DNA of 27,479 bases. It comes from Oculatellaceae cyanobacterium bins.114. Its GTDB lineage: Bacteria; Cyanobacteriota; Cyanobacteriia; Elainellales; Elainellaceae. A program made the position numbers and the translations under genes. The DNA lies in assembly GCA_033764315.1 (NCBI GenBank), contig JANRJA010000118.1, forward strand, positions 1 to 27,479, in the 5' to 3' direction. Below, piece by piece: positions 8,762 to 17,147 of this stretch (position 1 is the stretch's first letter; each line of letters begins with the position of its first letter). The notes under the pieces are model-generated. The model was given only the letters and a program-made list of their open reading frames with translations, did no database searches and had not been told where the DNA came from.

Positions 8762-10072
8762 TCAAACGGTTACAGGCGATTGCTCTGTCGGGGAAATGGC
8801 TTTGTGTCGCCCATATACCTGTTGCACAACTTGGGCTAACCGTTGCATCGCTGTTTCTAACTCAGCACTGGTGGCGGTGAGGCTAATTCGGAAACACTCC
8901 TGGGTGTGTCTCCAGGGTTCTTGCAAACCGGGGAAGAAAGGACTACCTGGAACAAAAATGACGCCGACCTGTTTCAGTTCTTGATAAAACTCCCAATCGG
9001 TTATGGGCAAGTCTTGGAGCCACAACCAGGCAAAGATAGACCCTTCTCCACGGTGAATAAACCAGGGAATGTCGTTGGGCATGGCTTGATCGAGAGCAGC
9101 CTCTAACACCTGAAACTTGGCTTGATAGTGGGGACGAATCACCCGTTCAGAAATCTCAACGAGAGCACCAGAGCGAATGGCACGAGCGGCGATCGCCTGT
9201 CCATATCGAGAGGAGTGCAGGCACATGTTTGTTAAGAAGCCTTCTAAACATTGAATGACCTGCTCATCACCCAACGTAATACCAATCCGTTCTCCGGGTA
9301 GCCCTGCCTTGGAGAGGCTGGTGCAGTGGACGATATTTTTGCCAAAACTGGGGGTCATCTCTGTAAAGCTCAGTGCGGGGAACGGAGGAGCATAGGCAGA
9401 ATCGATGAAGACTGGGACGTTATACGGTTCTGCCAGAGCCCTGATTTTTGCCACTTCTTCATCACTGATCACATTTCCAGTGGGGTTACAGGGACGTGAA
9501 AAAAGGACAAATCCAGTGCTGTCGTTGATTTCAAGTTGACTGAAGTCAGGACGATATTTAAACCGATGGGCAGTCTCGTCGATTTCAAGGGTGGGTTTAT
9601 AGGCTTTTAAGGCTTCAGGAACCAACGTCACCCCACCATAGCCTGTGTAGTCAGGGCTAAGCGGCAAAACAATTTGCTTGAGCCGACCATCGGTGGTGTA
9701 TCCTCCCATTGCATTAGCGGCCAGGAAGTAAAGGGACTGGCTACCAGGGGTGATGAGAATATTGCGATCGCTCAGATTCAGCCCATAGCGTTGGTTATAT
9801 TCATCTAACACCGCATCGATCAACGGTTGATAACCCTGGCTTGACCCATAACGGCACACCACCTCACCGTATTCGGGGCTAGATAATAAGTCAGCCGTGC
9901 AATCTCGCCACAACTGCTCTACCTCAGGCAAAATCACAGGATTACCTGCACTCAAATTGATAAAGTCTTGACCATTCGAGGTTCTTAGAGTTTCGATGAT
10001 GTCTTTCATAATGGCCCGCACCCCAGTGAGGTGAGACATCTGTTCGCCAAATTGAGTTAGAGCAGGGTTCAT
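8762..10072 (-). CDS. avtA: Valine--pyruvate aminotransferase (PLP-dependent, class I/II)
   Basis: Probable start is ATG 10072 (MNPALTQFG). Motifs NLSAGNP, SRPCNPTGN, IDSAYAPPFP and the PLP lysine in SLSKAGLPGERIG. Confidence 0.9.
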   Translation of the reverse strand: MNPALTQFGEQMSHLTGVRAIMKDIIETLRTSNGQDFINLSAGNPVILPEVEQLWRDCTADLLSSPEYGEVVCRYGSSQGYQPLIDAVLDEYNQRYGLNLSDRNILITPGSQSLYFLAANAMGGYTTDGRLKQIVLPLSPDYTGYGGVTLVPEALKAYKPTLEIDETAHRFKYRPDFSQLEINDSTGFVLFSRPCNPTGNVISDEEVAKIRALAEPYNVPVFIDSAYAPPFPALSFTEMTPSFGKNIVHCTSLSKAGLPGERIGITLGDEQVIQCLEGFLTNMCLHSSRYGQAIAARAIRSGALVEISERVIRPHYQAKFQVLEAALDQAMPNDIPWFIHRGEGSIFAWLWLQDLPITDWEFYQELKQVGVIFVPGSPFFPGLQEPWRHTQECFRISLTATSAELETAMQRLAQVVQQVYGRHKAISPTEQSPVTV

Positions 10073-10229
10073 AAGCAACCGTGAGGGGATGAAGGAGCAA
10101 GCAGTAGCCAACAGCGATCGCCAATCTTGATGTGAACTTATCAGCGACGTGCTACTGAAGTTCCAAAATAAAGGATTTAGAGCGATCGTTCAATCCATTG
10201 TGATCATAGATGGCGATCGAGGGAGGGAG

Positions 10230-10249
10230 AGACGCGATTAATCGCGTCT
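10230..10249. repeat. Perfect 20-bp palindrome AGACGCGATTAATCGCGTCT (cyanobacterial REP-like repeat)
   Basis: Exact self-reverse-complement, 9 nt beyond the stop of the FHA-oxidoreductase gene. Confidence 0.85.
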
Positions 10250-10258
10250 GGCTTAGAT

Positions 10259-12205
10259 TTAAGGAGCCTGGTTAGCAACCCATTTCATCCATTGCAGGAG
10301 CGATCGCCCCCCATTGAGAGATTGCAAGCCAGGAGCACGAGCGGCGACTAAACTATCCACCGCTTTCAACGCAGCGTATTGCAACCCCAAAAAGCTATCC
10401 ACAGCAGCATGGGGCCCCCCTAAAGTAATGGCTCCGGCAGCATACATCCGTCCCTGATTTGCCCGCATTTCCATTAGCTCAAAGTCATTGGCAACGGTTA
10501 AGCGACCTAAGGGGTTAACGGGCAGATTGTAATGGCTAATTAGATCGTCCAAAAGAGGACTGTTTTTCACTTTGGCATCCATCCCCGTAGCGTCAATGAT
10601 AAAGTCAGCTTGGAGCTGAATTTTGCCCTTAAATTCTCGCTCTTGGATCACAGTAATCGTCCCAGATTCTGCAGGCTCAACGGTTTCAACTTCACCAAAG
10701 ACAATTTTGTACCATCCCTGAGCAATTCCCTGTTGAACGATGCTCTGCCAGTCATGACGATCGGCGGTGGTGGTGCCACCCCAATCGGCTAATAAACGCA
10801 GTCGTTGTTGGGGATCAGCCGCCTCCAGGAGAGCGCGTAACTCACCACCCCAACAGGCTTTGGGCCAGTTAAAAGGTTGCAGTTCATAGTGGTGTTTGAC
10901 AGGGCGATGCGCGTTACCAAAGCGATTCCCTTGGGGTTTGGGCGATCGCATCAGGTGCAACAGTGAAATTTTAGAATTGCGCTGACGGGCTTCATGGAGC
11001 CGCTGTACCACGCGCGAGGCAACAATTCCTCGTCCCCGAATTAAAACGGTGCCTCCCTCTCGTTCCAGCGTTTCATACACATGGTCGTGTGACTCATAGG
11101 CATTGACAACGCAGTTGAAATCTCCCGTTTTTTCGCGATACGCTTGCAGATCGGGGAGAAATTGAATAGCAGGATATCCGGTTGCTATATGCACATAACG
11201 GGCCACGATCAAGGCGTGATCGCGCCGCTCGGCTGTTGAACGGGAATAGGCGATCGCATAGCGTCCATCCTCCGTTTTGCGAATAGCTCGCACACGCCCA
11301 TAGCGGAAAATAGCATCCCAACCCATGCGACTGGCCTCTCGATCAATGGAGGCAAACACATTACCTGAACGGGGAGTGTAAGTTTCTGCCAGAGTCGGTT
11401 CACCAAACACCTGCCACAGGTATTTCAAAGCAGAGCTAATGTCACCCTGACGAAAGTCGTGCCATGCCTCACGAAAGGCATAGCTAGGAAAACCCCAGAT
11501 ATTGTCAGGGCAAGAGTCAGAGTTAGAGCGCAACCGCTCATAGTGAGGAATTTGGGAATTGCGACAGAGTTGTTGATAACGGGCATAGGGTTTGCTTTCC
11601 ATGCCGATCGCAGCTATTTGGTTAGGTCTGGCTCCAGACAATCGCAGCAGGTTGACCCAAACAAAGCTCCCCAACCCTGCCCCGATCGCCACATAGTCAA
11701 ATTCTTGGATGGGAATGCCCACCTCCATCAACTGATGCAGGGAAACCTGGTGGGCTTGAAACTGAGACGGTGGAAAGTTGGGTTCAGAAGTGGCAGCAGG
11801 GGGCAACTCTGGAGTTGGCTTGCCCGTCTCAGGGTGAAACAAAATTGTTGAGTCAACAACTGGGCCAGCTAGCGTGGGAGAGGCTGCCAGTAAAATCGTG
11901 ATGTGATAAGGACCAATCTGAACCACATCACCACTCGTAACAAAGCTGCGACTGTGACGGGTGCCATTAATCAAAGTACCGTTGCTGCTGTTTTGGTCAG
12001 TGATCACTAACCCAGAGCCTTCAACCTCAATCAAGGCATGAAAACGAGACACTTGACCACTATCCAACACAATTCGAGAAACACGTTGATTGTTGAGAGC
12101 AACAGGCATACGGGCAAACTCTCGTCCCAGTGCAATCGGTACGGTGAAAGTTGGCGATCGCCGCTCTCCGGTGGCTGGGTCATCCCAACTCAACTGAATC
12201 TGCAT
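10259..12205 (-). CDS. FHA domain fused to FAD/NAD(P)H-dependent oxidoreductase (class B flavin-monooxygenase-like)
   Basis: FHA motifs LGR, VSRFHA, SSNGT. Pro-rich linker. Two Rossmann motifs (YVAIGAGLGS, VLIRGRGIVA) plus HIATGY and FIIDATG. Confidence 0.85.
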   Translation of the reverse strand: MQIQLSWDDPATGERRSPTFTVPIALGREFARMPVALNNQRVSRIVLDSGQVSRFHALIEVEGSGLVITDQNSSNGTLINGTRHSRSFVTSGDVVQIGPYHITILLAASPTLAGPVVDSTILFHPETGKPTPELPPAATSEPNFPPSQFQAHQVSLHQLMEVGIPIQEFDYVAIGAGLGSFVWVNLLRLSGARPNQIAAIGMESKPYARYQQLCRNSQIPHYERLRSNSDSCPDNIWGFPSYAFREAWHDFRQGDISSALKYLWQVFGEPTLAETYTPRSGNVFASIDREASRMGWDAIFRYGRVRAIRKTEDGRYAIAYSRSTAERRDHALIVARYVHIATGYPAIQFLPDLQAYREKTGDFNCVVNAYESHDHVYETLEREGGTVLIRGRGIVASRVVQRLHEARQRNSKISLLHLMRSPKPQGNRFGNAHRPVKHHYELQPFNWPKACWGGELRALLEAADPQQRLRLLADWGGTTTADRHDWQSIVQQGIAQGWYKIVFGEVETVEPAESGTITVIQEREFKGKIQLQADFIIDATGMDAKVKNSPLLDDLISHYNLPVNPLGRLTVANDFELMEMRANQGRMYAAGAITLGGPHAAVDSFLGLQYAALKAVDSLVAARAPGLQSLNGGRSLLQWMKWVANQAP

Positions 12206-12263
12206 AAAAATAGGGATCTAAAATAACTGAGCTTGGCATCTAAGCCTTGACTTCACGAACCCA

Positions 12264-12824
12264 CTACTTCTCTCCTGGAATCATTAACACACTCGCGGCG
12301 GCGGCTAGCGACGTACCACACCACGGACACCCCGACCCCAAGCGATCATAAGGCGATAACTGTTGACACTTAGGACACATCAAGCCATAACTGGGGGTTT
12401 GAGGTTGGCTAGATGGATAGGCAGTCGGGGCTGTTACAGATGTGGCTGAAACCGTCGGTGTTGGCGGCACGATCACCGTTTGAGGCACCGAACCAAGGGC
12501 GATCGCAGTCACCTTTAGCTCGACCTGCCCCAAGTAGAAGCTCATCCCCTGTTGTAACACTGCCTCTCCAGTCGTCAACCGTTGTCGGTTAATCACCGGA
12601 GGGTTAGTATCTCGCAGATTTCGTAAATAAAACCCCTGACGAGGAATATCAAAAAACAGTTCAACGTGCAAACCCGACACCGTTGGATCTGAAAGAACCA
12701 CATCACACCGAGCTGGATCACGCCCGATTCGAGTGGTTCCAGGATTTTTAGTGGGGCGATGGTCGTCCAGTATTTGTACTTTGACCTGACCAGCTTCGAC
12801 CCATTCCAGCGTTAGTTGATTCAT
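12264..12824 (-). CDS. FHA domain protein with C-terminal zinc ribbon
   Basis: IGRDP, VSGLH, TNPP (variant of NGT), a P/T/S-rich linker and CPKC...CPWCG. Confidence 0.88.
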   Translation of the reverse strand: MNQLTLEWVEAGQVKVQILDDHRPTKNPGTTRIGRDPARCDVVLSDPTVSGLHVELFFDIPRQGFYLRNLRDTNPPVINRQRLTTGEAVLQQGMSFYLGQVELKVTAIALGSVPQTVIVPPTPTVSATSVTAPTAYPSSQPQTPSYGLMCPKCQQLSPYDRLGSGCPWCGTSLAAAASVLMIPGEK

Positions 12825-13063
12825 AGTCGGGTCATCTTAACGTTATTAAGAGCCTACCGAAAAACTCTACAAAATTTTGAAATTCAAACCTTACTTTGAG
12901 TAGTTTGGGTAGTCTCAACCAAAGCAATAACTCACACCTGATCTTTAGCACGATCTAACCCTAGAAATTGAGATTTTGTTGGAATTTTAATCTGTTGACG
13001 AGTCAACCTTAGAATCATGGCTTAAATCAATTGCAGTTTACCAAAGGGGCCATCACCCTCCAC

Positions 13064-13834
13064 TCAAAACCGAGTTGGGGCTAGCCACATCAACATATTC
13101 TGCTTGAGTTGGTTAAAATCCCGATACACCTCTTGCCGAACAAATTGCCCAATCGCATCTAACGGCGTAAACACGCTGCCTGTTTGCCATTTCACATCTT
13201 GACCGAGTGGGGTGAGGTGATTACCTTTGAGAATTTTGAGGGCTGTCATGTCTGGAAAGCAATTGAGTAGTGCCTCGGTCAAGGGCTTGGTTTGGTCAAG
13301 GTCATCATCGGTAAATTTAATCAACAAATTTCGCCGCACCTGATATCGCCTTTCAATCAAATCGTTCGTTTCTTCGGGCGAAGGGATAAACTCAATCGAC
13401 AAATTAGGAGCAAATTGATAAAACTGCTCAACAAAGGGAATTGATCGCCGCACGGGATAGTTGTTAAACGACATTAAAATGTTTCCAGCACGCTCTTGGG
13501 GAAAGAGACTGCCAATTAACAAGTGCAATTTACAACCCATGCTGTGCCCAACCCCATAAATCGGCAGATAGCGTTTCTTAAACACCTGATTTTGCAGATG
13601 CTCTAGCGCGATATTAAACGTTTTACCCGTCTCACGAGCGATCGCGGTATGGTCTAGCGTGTTCACAAATGGAGTTGCCACAATGACATATCCTTCTGCC
13701 GCCAAAAATTCTAATAAGGAACGATAGGTGACTTGAGGCGCAGCCGCCACAAATGCCCCTCCTAAGAAGTGAATAATGGCGATAGGCCGCGGTGGCACCA
13801 ACACCCAGTTTCCAGAAATCTCCTGCCAAATCAT
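13064..13834 (-). CDS. DUF1350 family alpha/beta-hydrolase-fold protein
   Basis: IIHFLGGAFV, nucleophile-elbow GHSMG and GNHLTP motifs. Confidence 0.88.
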   Translation of the reverse strand: MIWQEISGNWVLVPPRPIAIIHFLGGAFVAAAPQVTYRSLLEFLAAEGYVIVATPFVNTLDHTAIARETGKTFNIALEHLQNQVFKKRYLPIYGVGHSMGCKLHLLIGSLFPQERAGNILMSFNNYPVRRSIPFVEQFYQFAPNLSIEFIPSPEETNDLIERRYQVRRNLLIKFTDDDLDQTKPLTEALLNCFPDMTALKILKGNHLTPLGQDVKWQTGSVFTPLDAIGQFVRQEVYRDFNQLKQNMLMWLAPTRF

Positions 13835-13902
13835 GCGGTATGTCGAGATAGAGCTTCTTCTATCCTAAATTCCAAACCTCGTGATGGATGGGGAAAAATC
13901 AC

Positions 13903-13944
13903 ACTCATACCGTCAAACTCATACCGTCAAACTCATGTCGTCAA
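13903..13944. repeat. 14-bp tandem repeat ACTCATACCGTCAA x3 (third copy has 2 mismatches)
   Basis: Units at 13903, 13917 and 13931. Confidence 0.9.
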
Positions 13945-14041
13945 GATCAGGGCGATCGCTTACTCTTCATTTTATTGATCACCCAACAATTCTCAGTGTA
14001 TTTTTCTTTCAGCAGGAAAATTGCTATTGATCACGCGATGT

Positions 14042-14143
14042 GCAACTTAGAAGTTTAGCTCCCCGGTTGCTCGTTCAGCATCCTCAAAGTCGTCTGATTT
14101 GCGTCACAGCAACCGGGGAGATGGGGAAAGTCGCACACGGGGT
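14042..14143. repeat. Dispersed ~100-bp stem-loop element, copy 1
   Basis: 13-bp perfect inverted repeat CTCCCCGGTTGCT (14059-14071) / AGCAACCGGGGAG (14108-14120). Similar to 20542-20644. Confidence 0.85.
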
Positions 14144-14162
14144 TGTTGATCACCATCAACCC

Positions 14163-14211
14163 TTGACAATTGACGATTGACCAATCACGATTGACGATTG
14201 ACCAATCACAA
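14163..14211. repeat. Heptamer tandem repeat (STRR-like): 7 units of TTGACNA/ATCACNA with a 21-bp higher-order unit
   Basis: TTGACAA TTGACGA TTGACCA ATCACGA TTGACGA TTGACCA ATCACAA. Confidence 0.85.
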
Positions 14212-14251
14212 TTAACTCCATCAATCAATCTGTATTCAGCAACGCCAAAAA

Positions 14252-15073
14252 ATGATAGATCTTCATGCTCACACAACTTATTCTGATGGCAAGCTGACTC
14301 CAGAAGCACTGGTTGAGGCCGCCGCCAAAGCTGGCATCCATGCCCTGGCTATTACCGATCACGACACATTAGCAGGTTGGGATGAAGCATTTGCAGCAGC
14401 TACTGCTTGGGGCATCGAGATCGTTCCAGGAGTTGAGTTGAGTACGGTTCATCGCGATCGCTCTTTACATATTCTGGGTTATTATCCCAATCCCGATCAG
14501 TTACAAGAGCCATTGCGAGATCGCATCCAAGGGCGCAAGCGACGTGCCCAAAAGATTGTCGATAAGCTGGCTGAGTTGGGGTATTTTATTCAACTGCCTG
14601 AACTTGGAGAAGGAATTGCCCCCAGTCGCCCTCATATTGCAGCCGCACTGGTACAGGCTGGATATGTCAAGTCCTCTCGTGAGGCGTTCGATCGCTTCCT
14701 GGGGGATTATCAGCCTGCCTACGTTCATTACGAAACGCTCTCAGCCCACGAGGGAATCCGGTTATTGCGCTCTTGTGGAGCCGTCCCTGTGTGGGCACAC
14801 CCTTATCTATATCGTGGAGGCGATGTCGGAACGGTTTTGTTAGAGCTGATTGAGGCTGGGCTTGAGGGCGTAGAGGTCTATCACCCAAATCACACTCCTA
14901 GTCAGTGCCAACATTTAGAGAACTGGTGTCATCAACACAGTTTAGTGATGACGGGTGGAAGCGATTATCACGGGCCTGTTGAGTTTGATCATCAACCTGC
15001 CAACCGATTAAACATGCTGCAATTGCCTCTCGCTTTGCTGTCTTCATTAAAGCAAGCTAGCCGCCAAATTTAG
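14252..15073 (+). CDS. PHP-family metal-dependent phosphoesterase (TrpH/YciV-like)
   Basis: DLHAHTTYSDG, AITDHDT, PGVELS, LHILGY, WAHP and TGGSDYHG motifs. Confidence 0.92.
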   Translation: MIDLHAHTTYSDGKLTPEALVEAAAKAGIHALAITDHDTLAGWDEAFAAATAWGIEIVPGVELSTVHRDRSLHILGYYPNPDQLQEPLRDRIQGRKRRAQKIVDKLAELGYFIQLPELGEGIAPSRPHIAAALVQAGYVKSSREAFDRFLGDYQPAYVHYETLSAHEGIRLLRSCGAVPVWAHPYLYRGGDVGTVLLELIEAGLEGVEVYHPNHTPSQCQHLENWCHQHSLVMTGGSDYHGPVEFDHQPANRLNMLQLPLALLSSLKQASRQI

Positions 15074-15546
15074 AAGCATTAGTTTTTAATAGGATTAAAA
15101 CCAATGGTTAGTGATAAACAGAGATAGGTGGCACCCATTCCAGCAGAATATGGTGGTGGAACAGATGCCAGCGATCGCAAACGCAAACTGTTAACGAATC
15201 AAGTACTCTTGTGTGCCCTTTCGCTGTCACCTTGCGTCATTATTTAGACGTTGGTCAGTGACATTTCTAAAATGGGACTTCTCACAAGATGACTAGTACT
15301 AGTCATGCGGTTATCTTACTGACATTCATAAAATGACATGTCTGTCATTTGGTAGGGTCATCTCTCTACCAAAAAGCTTATTTCGAGAGAAGAAATTTGC
15401 CTTTAAGACCCTCAAGGATACGGAACTTTAGAATGTAGCAATCATCACAACTGTGTAATATAGCAGTCCTAAATTAGTCGTGAGATGAGCGGGTTGTGAG
15501 AGGCGCACCCCATTTGAGATTGCTACAGCTCCGTTTGTGTCAATGT

Positions 15547-15560
15547 GTAACTGAATATAC
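15547..15560. promoter_or_regulatory. Consensus NtcA box GTA-N8-TAC (GTAACTGAATATAC)
   Basis: Exact consensus match. No canonical -10 element at 22 nt on either strand. Confidence 0.5.
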
Positions 15561-15668
15561 TAAAACTTTAAGAAAAGCTTAGTTTCTGAGAATTTGATAG
15601 AGATTTCTATTATGCTGAAAACAAGATAAATAAAGCCAGCCAACCTTTTCATAATATGGCTGGTTCAT

Positions 15669-15703
15669 AAAAAACCAAGTCCGGGCTGTTTTAGTCCGGA
15701 CTT
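15669..15703 (-). terminator. Probable intrinsic terminator of cnaT
   Basis: Stem AAGTCCGG...CCGGACTT (15677-15703) followed on the minus strand by GGTTTTTT, about 30 nt past the cnaT stop. Confidence 0.6.
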
Positions 15704-15735
15704 ATCGTTTAAGTATCTTATGTAATTTTTGTTAC

Positions 15736-16845
15736 CTACAGAGGCAGTTGTGCTTCCTGTCGAGGTGAGATCTGCACAGCCGCGATCGCCCTACATAGCC
15801 GTTCCAACGTTTTAAGCACCTGACCTTGTTGAAGCAACTCTGTCGCCAGAGCGATCGCAGCTTCTAAAGTGGGGGAACACCCACACCGCCATAGATAAAA
15901 GCCACTATTCCACACCACAGCAGCCATCAACTCAGAGGGTTGACCCTGACACACACTCAGCATTTGGGCGATCGCGGTGGCTGTCGTGTCGAGAGCAACA
16001 TTGGTGTTGGCAAACCCATAGTCACGGGAATGCAGATGCAACCGCTCAATCTGAATTTCAACCGATCCATCTCCTCTGGAGTCAGAGCGGTGTCCTAATC
16101 CAATAATGGCAGTGCGCTCTCGTGGTAAGTCACAACTACCTTCTAAGCCCTTAACCGTTGTGCAGTGGTTGATCCCCCGGAGGGTAAGAGCATGGCGGGT
16201 CATCTCTTCCGTGGGTGGGTGCACAAATCCAGTTACAACGTGAGCATCCCCAGCATAGGGCGACCACATGAGTTCTAGGGTGGCAAAAGGAGGTCGCTTG
16301 CCGATCTGTTCTCGGTAGGGCACCAACCCCTGAGCTAACGGAAAGTGAGTCGGTAGATAGACAAACCCCAGACGGGTTTGCTCAAACACCCGTTGCGCTT
16401 GGTCTAGGGTTAAGGGTGCCCAGTTGACGCCAAGCCCACACCAGATATCAATTAAGGGAACTCCTGCTTTGGTGGGCATGCGATCGCCTCCATGCAACAC
16501 CACAGGACATCCCACAGTGGTCAAAATCAAAGCCGTCAGAGGACTGAGGGGCACTGTGCGATCGCGTCCGTCATAGGGCGAACACAACACCATCACTGGA
16601 TAGTCTGTTTGAATGGGTTGCAGTTTTGGCCCCAGTTCTGCGTAGGCATCTAACATCCCTGCCAACTCTTCCCCCGTCGGGCGTTTAATCCGATGGGCAA
16701 TCATAAATGCACCAATTTGAGCAGGGGTCGCTTCCTGCAACAGCATCATGCGAGTGGCATCTGCCGCCTCTTGTCGGCTGAGATCCTTGCTTGTATGGGG
16801 GCCACTGCCAACTTTTTTGAGTAGATCCCGAAATGCAGTGCTCAT
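15736..16845 (-). CDS. cnaT: Anthranilate phosphoribosyltransferase-like protein CnaT (nitrate-assimilation factor)
   Basis: Glycosyltransferase family 3-like motifs (QIGAFMIAHRIK, PYDGR, HGGDRMPTK, REQIGKRPP, GFVHPP, KGLEGS). Lies directly downstream of ntcB, as in Anabaena PCC 7120. Confidence 0.8.
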   Translation of the reverse strand: MSTAFRDLLKKVGSGPHTSKDLSRQEAADATRMMLLQEATPAQIGAFMIAHRIKRPTGEELAGMLDAYAELGPKLQPIQTDYPVMVLCSPYDGRDRTVPLSPLTALILTTVGCPVVLHGGDRMPTKAGVPLIDIWCGLGVNWAPLTLDQAQRVFEQTRLGFVYLPTHFPLAQGLVPYREQIGKRPPFATLELMWSPYAGDAHVVTGFVHPPTEEMTRHALTLRGINHCTTVKGLEGSCDLPRERTAIIGLGHRSDSRGDGSVEIQIERLHLHSRDYGFANTNVALDTTATAIAQMLSVCQGQPSELMAAVVWNSGFYLWRCGCSPTLEAAIALATELLQQGQVLKTLERLCRAIAAVQISPRQEAQLPL

Positions 16846-16849
16846 GGGC

Positions 16850-16925
16850 TGAGAAAGGGGTGAGAAAGAAAAAGAGCAAAAAGAGGAGAGAAAAGAGAAA
16901 GGAAAAGAGGGAAAGGACTGAGGGG
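16850..16925. repeat. Purine-rich low-complexity tract
   Basis: Nearly pure A/G run (GAGAAAG/AAAAGAG-like units) just upstream of the cnaT start. Confidence 0.7.
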
Positions 16926-17034
16926 TCTACTGTGAGGGTAGTCAACCGGTGACGATAACCCATTGACTCAGGAAGTAGGTGTAGCAAGCAAGTGGGTGCA
17001 ATTAATTTGTAGATAGCTGTTGTGCAAGTGTCTC

Positions 17035-17060
17035 AGTCGCGGGTAAGCGGCTCGCACTAC
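17035..17060 (-). repeat. Degenerate GTAG-type REP-like element
   Basis: Minus strand reads GTAGTGCGAGCCGCTTACCCGCGACT: a GTAG tetranucleotide followed by an imperfect palindrome. Confidence 0.45.
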
Positions 17061-17147
17061 GGCTTAGATTTAATTAGACCAACCTACTTGCTCCTTAAAC
17101 TTGAGTGGGTGAGTTTGCCAATTCACTCCCCATTCCCAATCAACCCT

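Noticed and set aside
8445..8984. Several 68-83 aa ORFs around the rimM-avtA gap
   Set aside because: They translate the hairpin element or run antisense to real genes and have no recognisable motifs.
12994..13007. GTTGAC-GA-GTCAAC palindrome upstream of the FHA unit
   Set aside because: Arms are only 6 bp and no second site was seen, so it could be chance.
13903..14211. Possible CRISPR array
   Set aside because: Repeats are 7-21 bp and adjacent with no unique spacers, and no cas genes are present.
14055..14309. 84-aa minus-strand ORF with DWSIVN repeats
   Set aside because: It is a translation of the heptamer array and stem-loop element and overlaps the PHP start.
15128..15247. 39-codon GTG-start plus-strand ORF in the convergent gap
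   Set aside because: No recognisable motif or clear RBS, so it cannot be supported without Ribo-seq or conservation data.
15736..16845. Calling this gene trpD
   Set aside because: It lacks the TrpD GTGGD PRPP-binding motif (has PYDGR instead), and the context fits cnaT.
16685..16987. 100-aa ORF with a Phe/Leu-rich stretch
   Set aside because: The hydrophobic run derives from the low-complexity tract, and the ORF overlaps cnaT out of frame.
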